Of a stretch of DNA of 64,000 nt, positions 63,637 to 64,000 are shown one piece after another. How positions within the stretch are numbered: the stretch's first letter is position 1; each line of letters begins with the position of its first letter. Position numbers and translations under genes: made by a program. The stretch comes from Parasitella parasitica NRRL 2501 (lineage: Eukaryota; Fungi; Mucoromycota): positions 34,911 to 98,910 of the forward strand of contig MU619256.1 of NCBI GenBank assembly GCA_025201805.1. The letters run 5' to 3'. A model generated the notes under the pieces. It saw only the letters and a list, made by a program, of their open reading frames with translations, made no database searches and had not been told where the DNA came from.

Positions 63637-64000
63637 TTTTTTAGTAGCATGAAAATAGGACCCTTCATTTGACCCTTTTTTTTTTTTTTTCTTTATTGAA
63701 AAATTATTCTCCCTCCCCTCCCCCCAAACGCTCACATTGCAAGTGCAATAAACAAATAAATAAGACTTATCTGACCCCATTAAGCCGAGGACATGCCCGA
63801 GGACTCCTGCTTAAAAGTGTCCCGATGACAATAAATAACTCCTACAAATAAGGCTATTTAATTGGCCATGATCCATCTTTACTGTCCTGAGTGTGTTTGT
63901 TGTGAGTGTTTGTTTAATTTTTGGCATTTTGTGATTCAAAGTATACATTTCACATTCAAGCTATTAGATATAAGACAAACCTTTGAGTAAGACATCCTTG

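Overview
AT-rich, intron-rich eukaryotic DNA; gene content, short GT-AG introns and repeat families point to a Mucorales (Mucoromycota) fungus. About 24 protein-coding genes were recognised by eye. They include a SCY1-like pseudokinase, a Rad60/Esc2 SUMO-like protein, a secreted PEBP with a long acidic repeat tail, ERF4 (mostly missed by the ORF track), a GH18 chitinase, ubiquitin-RPL40, VPS41, PBDC1, L2HGDH, ERG5, a BED-finger protein, MIX17, a PDK/BCKDK kinase, a questin-oxidase-like protein, an atypical P450, RFWD3-like, a FUSC-like transporter, VRG4, three tandem aspartic proteases and a small Cys-rich secreted protein. Intergenic DNA holds transposon relics, including two IS630/Tc1 relics, one with ~140-bp inverted repeats. 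Highlights: (1) a decayed Fanzor1-like (eukaryotic TnpB-type RNA-guided nuclease) gene at ~59.95-61.2 kb whose N- and C-terminal parts lie on opposite strands; (2) a GC-rich, strand-asymmetric folding element at ~32.63-32.80 kb that looks like an unassigned structured ncRNA; (3) the PEBP protein carrying repeated amphipathic acidic modules. All family assignments come from motif recognition from memory; no searches were run.
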